From positions 10,726,001-10,790,000 of the forward strand of contig CM120645.1 in assembly GCA_051362555.1 (NCBI GenBank): a stretch of DNA of 64,000 nucleotides. Direction: 5' to 3'. Shown here piece by piece: positions 59,809 to 64,000 of the stretch (positions are counted from its first letter, which is position 1; every line of letters begins with the position of its first letter). This DNA is from Lingula anatina (lineage: Eukaryota; Animalia; Brachiopoda). Below the pieces are notes generated by a model, which had not been told where the DNA came from, searched no databases, and saw only the letters and a list, made by a program, of their open reading frames with translations. Made by a program: the position numbers and the translations under genes.

Positions 59809-60816
59809 GCCTAGAAGGGTAGGCCTGAAAAATTCATGCATGTAAGCAGATAATAACAATCAACTGATATTTACGTTGCTATATATATATATGGGGTTTC
59901 TAACAGCGACACCTGTCGCTATGGGTTCAGCTGTTCGAGTTCAGGCAAAAAACGAGGAATAATTTATGGTCAGTCTATAGTGACCATCTGAAAAGGTGTC
60001 TGAATAAGAAAATTACCTCCAAATTCACCCAATTAAGTAATGACATTTTGGACCTTCATAATTTACCCTTGGTCAGTTAAATGCAAGATTCAGAAAGGTG
60101 GTCTCTTTTGTCCAGTTCTTAATAAGGCTGTAAAAATCATTTTTGAAAAAATATAGAAAGTTGATGCTATATTTTAAGCTATTTGGTCATTTTTTTAATA
60201 TTGACCTTGACATTTAGGCACGATCTTGACCTCTGATGACTTCCAAACATTTTTCAAATGAATGGCCATGCCTTTGAACATTATAAATGGCACCTCTCAC
60301 AAGTTCCTAAATTACCCAGGTTCCATGCCACGCCCACTAAGCACCCTCCCATTGGCGGCCATTTTGGATTTTCGGCACCTTGCCATGGGGGAAATTATAT
60401 GAATTACATTGGACCAAAACTGGACTAGATTCAGTAGAGAAACTTTTGTTTACATTTTTTCCAACTTCAATGGGGAAATTTCGTTCGTTTACTGGACTAG
60501 TAGTCGTTTTATTTATAATGTCAAGTAACACTATTTCAATTAAAATAGGTGGTGAATATTAATTTAGAAATGAAGATTTTTGGCATAACGTATATTTCAA
60601 TCCTCTTCGTAAACTCAGGCCAAACAGTAGGTTATAACATCAAGGTAAATAAGCCCGCTTATTAAATTCCTGCAATGTATTGCATAACCGCCTTATTTTT
60701 CACCCATTTCTCCGTGCAAAAAGACTGTCACGCTCTAGTTAGCGTAAAGCACCAAAGTGTAAAATAAGTGCTTATACTGTACGATGAACGCAGACGAACG
60801 CAATAGGTCGTTAGAC

Positions 60817-61190
60817 TTAAGCCTAGGTCCAAACTACGTTTTGGACGCACGGTTTTTAGGCTCCTTGCGTCCGGCTAGGACGTAGCTAGATCGCAGGGAA
60901 GGAATCGGGAAGGAGTAAGTGCGTGAGGAGCACGTCCATCGTGCGACTTTTGGAGGACGCACACAGCACGTAGAAACTTTTCGACATGATCAACAGCCGC
61001 TACGTGCGATCTAGCTACGTTCCAGCCGGACACAAGGAGCCAAAAAAACGTGCGTCCAAAACGTAGTTGGGACCTAGGCTTAACTTTTCGACATGATCAA
61101 CAGCCGCTACGTGCGATGTAGCCACGTCCTAGCCGGACGCAAGGAACCAAAAATCCGTACGCCCAAAACGTAGTTGGGACCTAGGCTTAA
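60817..61190. mobile_element. MITE with TTAA-bounded ends and a tandemly duplicated right arm
   Basis: TTAAGCCTAGGTCC.AACTACGTTTTGG left TIR; right TIR ends at 61083 and again at 61190. Confidence 0.75.
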
Positions 61191-61319
61191 GAAAGCATAC
61201 GTGCGACACCTGGGTGTTGGGGGTGGTGGGCTCATATCCTATATTAGATTCCACTTTACCAAAATAACACGATTCAGAGCTGGGCCTCTGAGGACATGTG
61301 TTTTGACAGCGCCCCTTAC

Positions 61320-61621
61320 AGAGTAGAGAGCGGCTCTTTGAGTGTGTTAGGCTTCTCGCCTTTATTATGAGCAACGATTGTCTCTGATAAGAAGGTAGGT
61401 GTCTCGCCTGCCTGGTATGAGATTTATGGTCACTGATATATAGGGTGCCCTGAAAAGGACATTCCGTGAAGAGCAGAGAGAGACTCTTAGAATGTGTTAG
61501 GCATCTCGCCTATATTATGAGGAAAGATCGTCTCTGATAGGAAGGTAGGTGTCTCACCTACATAGTATGAGATATATAGATACCGATCTCCAATGGGTGT
61601 CCTGAAAAGGGCTTTTCGTGA
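61320..61621. repeat. Diverged tandem duplication of about 150 bp
   Basis: 61320-61469 and 61470-61621 share TGTGTTAGGC.TCTCGCCT.TATTATGAG, GTCTCTGATA.GAAGGTAGGTGTCTC and CCTGAAAAGG. Confidence 0.8.
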
Positions 61622-61666
61622 TTGGTACGATAGAGGCGTCTCGCCTGTCGAGGGAAGGGGGAGGGT

Positions 61667-61725
61667 GGACTGGTTGCAGAAAGCGCTTTTCGGTCAACAA
61701 GTGACCTTCATCAGCTGCAGAGTCC
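61667..61725 (-). ncRNA. Minimal type I hammerhead ribozyme (Penelope/retrozyme type)
   Basis: GGACTC-TGCAG-CTGATGA-A-GGTCA-CTTGT-TGACC-GAAA-AGCGCTT-T-CTGCA-ACC-AGTCC: full core, perfect 5-bp stem II, stem I of 5+5 bp around a bulge, palindromic stem III AAGCGCTT. Confidence 0.8.
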
Positions 61726-64000
61726 GAGAAAAAAATCAGGGATGGAGGGGGTCGGTAAGCAAAGGTGTCTCGCTTTTGTTTAGTGAGTTTTCATCAATGG
61801 TGTACTGTCTCGCCATTGTGAATGATACGAGTCATCTCGGCTTTATACTATCATGCTTGATCACAAGTGTCTCGCTTGTGTCAAGTAGGATGGGTATCCA
61901 GAATCACCGTTCAGTCTAAGATGCTGTATCCTGTTCAGGAGTTCTCCTCCACAACAAGAGGGTTAGGAGCTGGACGGTATGAATTGTGCGTGTGAACGGC
62001 TCAAGAGTCGGAGATCGACTGGAGATTTGTCATAACTGTGTCATATGCGAGAACGAGGCCGGGATCTGATTGGTTGTTTAGTAATGAGTTTTGATTAGCT
62101 GTTCTCGTGGTGTATCTTGATCCTATCTGTTTAGATATAGTTTGTTTGGTTACATTTTCAGCAAGGTTTTTTAACCTAGGATCAAATTTATCAGTATCTT
62201 AATTCTGTGCATGTGCTTATTTACACTGAGCTATCGTTTGCTTAGTTGGTCTTTACAGACATGCGTCGCTTTTAGTGTAAAGACCTTGATTGAGGGGAAC
62301 ACCGACGCCAAAGAACACTGCAGTGTTGCGTGTTTCCCGTTGGTCCTAAATATGTGTCTTTTTTTTTTTTTTTTTTTTTTTTTTTGTGATTGGCTGATTG
62401 TCAAGCCTTTGTCCGGTGTCTTATGTCTTGACGTGAACGGCTCAAGAGTCGGAGGTCAACTGGAGATTTGTATTTCAGTATAAAATTGATATCTTATGTA
62501 GGTGCACATACATACATGTATAACGCGATGAGAGCTAAGCATAAAACCTCGACAACTAACGTCCATTTTTAAACGACAAAGAGAAAAAACGCCCTGCCAT
62601 AGTTATTATCTGACAAATAGCTTTAAAAATATTATGCTATGGAAAATATTCATCCGTTTCTCTGAGAGCACAATGGGTAATGAAATGAAAATATTTAAAA
62701 AAACAAATGAAAAGATTTATATAAATAACAGAATAAGAGAAAATATCTAGCAGTGGCGCAAGGACAATCCAACTCCAGTGTGCAACAGAGGAAGCCTGAC
62801 AGTGTGATCAAACTATATGAAAGTACGGTGAATTTAAACAGTCTAATACATCTTTTATTTTAAAGATCTAGAGGAGGAGGGATCTTACAATAGCTGGCAA
62901 TCTATTGTTGAACACGATGGCTATCATATCAAACTTAAACCACGCCTAAATAATTAGAGTAGTGATGCAAAATAATAATGGTGATTCAACGGTGACGATG
63001 GAGAATGTGACATTTAAAATATTAATAAAATAAGACTGATTTAAGGCAATTGTCCATATCAAATAGATCTTTTTAGAAATTGAGGCTACACGTCAGCTTG
63101 TTCTGTAAATTTTTTTTGAAAAAATAGTGTTGCTTTCTTTGTTACTTTTAATCTTTATTTTTTACACAGGTCGCGATGATGGAAATTTCGGTACGGAGCA
63201 TCTTTAAACTTCAAAACTTTTTGGCCATAAACTGTGCCTTGATGAAAGTGCTATTCGACGCTTTTTCCTTATTCCTCATTCATTATCATTCATAATTTAT
63301 AAATACTATCTGCAATAAGAATTTTGAGACAGGGTGAATTGTTGACCATGCTGATGCACGATGCTGATGCTTATGCGTGTTAATCATATTCAATTTTTGA
63401 CTACGGAACACTTCATATTGTGAAATAACTGATAACAAATAAAACTAGCAGTTTGCTAGCAACACGAAAAAAAATGATACGCTGCGCGTGCCAAGCTAGT
63501 GAACAAAAGGACAGTTCGCTACGGGAGTTTACAGTTTAGTGGCACGCGGTAGCACTGGTTCTAGCTATAATCATACCTTATGTTTGCCCACCCACTTCTA
63601 TTCACTGGAAAGTGATTAAAACATTTCATACGTCTTTTAACTGGTATACAACGGAAACATAATTACGACTAGGGCTGTACCTTCTGAGGTACCAATTATA
63701 TGGTACACATGGATGAAAACTCATCACTGGTAAAGCGAGCAATAAATCGAAAAACACGTTGAACTAACGGGTCCCCCCATGTCACATACAGGGTAGAGCG
63801 CTGTTTACACAGGTGTTGCTATACTTATGCCACCCCTATGTAAATGGTACATTTAAATGCAAATAGTTATTGATACACATAATTTTTGTGTTTTCGTTTT
63901 CAAGTAATGATTGTGCAGACTGGCTTTCTTCTCGCCGTACCAAGCGACACCACACCAAAAACAGCACGAAAATCGTTAGTACTCTTATTGACGGTTCTGA

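Overview
Eukaryotic, AT-rich, intron-rich genomic DNA from an invertebrate animal (taxon not determinable here). In order: the last four coding exons of a probable IL-17-receptor-like Ig/FnIII protein that stops without a TM helix (57-1778, +); an intact tRNA-Ile(AAT) (2746-2819, -); three tandem, apparently intact SUSD2/Mesh/MUC4-type genes (signal peptide-NIDO-IPT-AMOP-VWD[GDPH]-Sushi-TM; 3829-14120, 15627-25301, 29078-44712, all +) with conserved exon structure but different NIDO loops, a variable pre-AMOP insertion and unrelated cytoplasmic tails; a convergent DNase I gene (47806 to probably 57623, -) whose 5' intron holds a decayed, intron-containing Ginger1/GIN-type integrase element with a tRNA-like Pol III unit just upstream of the transposase promoter. 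Also present: a 5'-truncated CR1/L2-group LINE in gene 3 intron 1, a Ginger1-type MITE splitting a tRNA-derived element at CCGG, many other MITEs, and a Penelope-type minimal hammerhead ribozyme (61667-61725, -). Exon boundaries were read by eye from splice signals, reading frame and paralog comparison; no searches were run.
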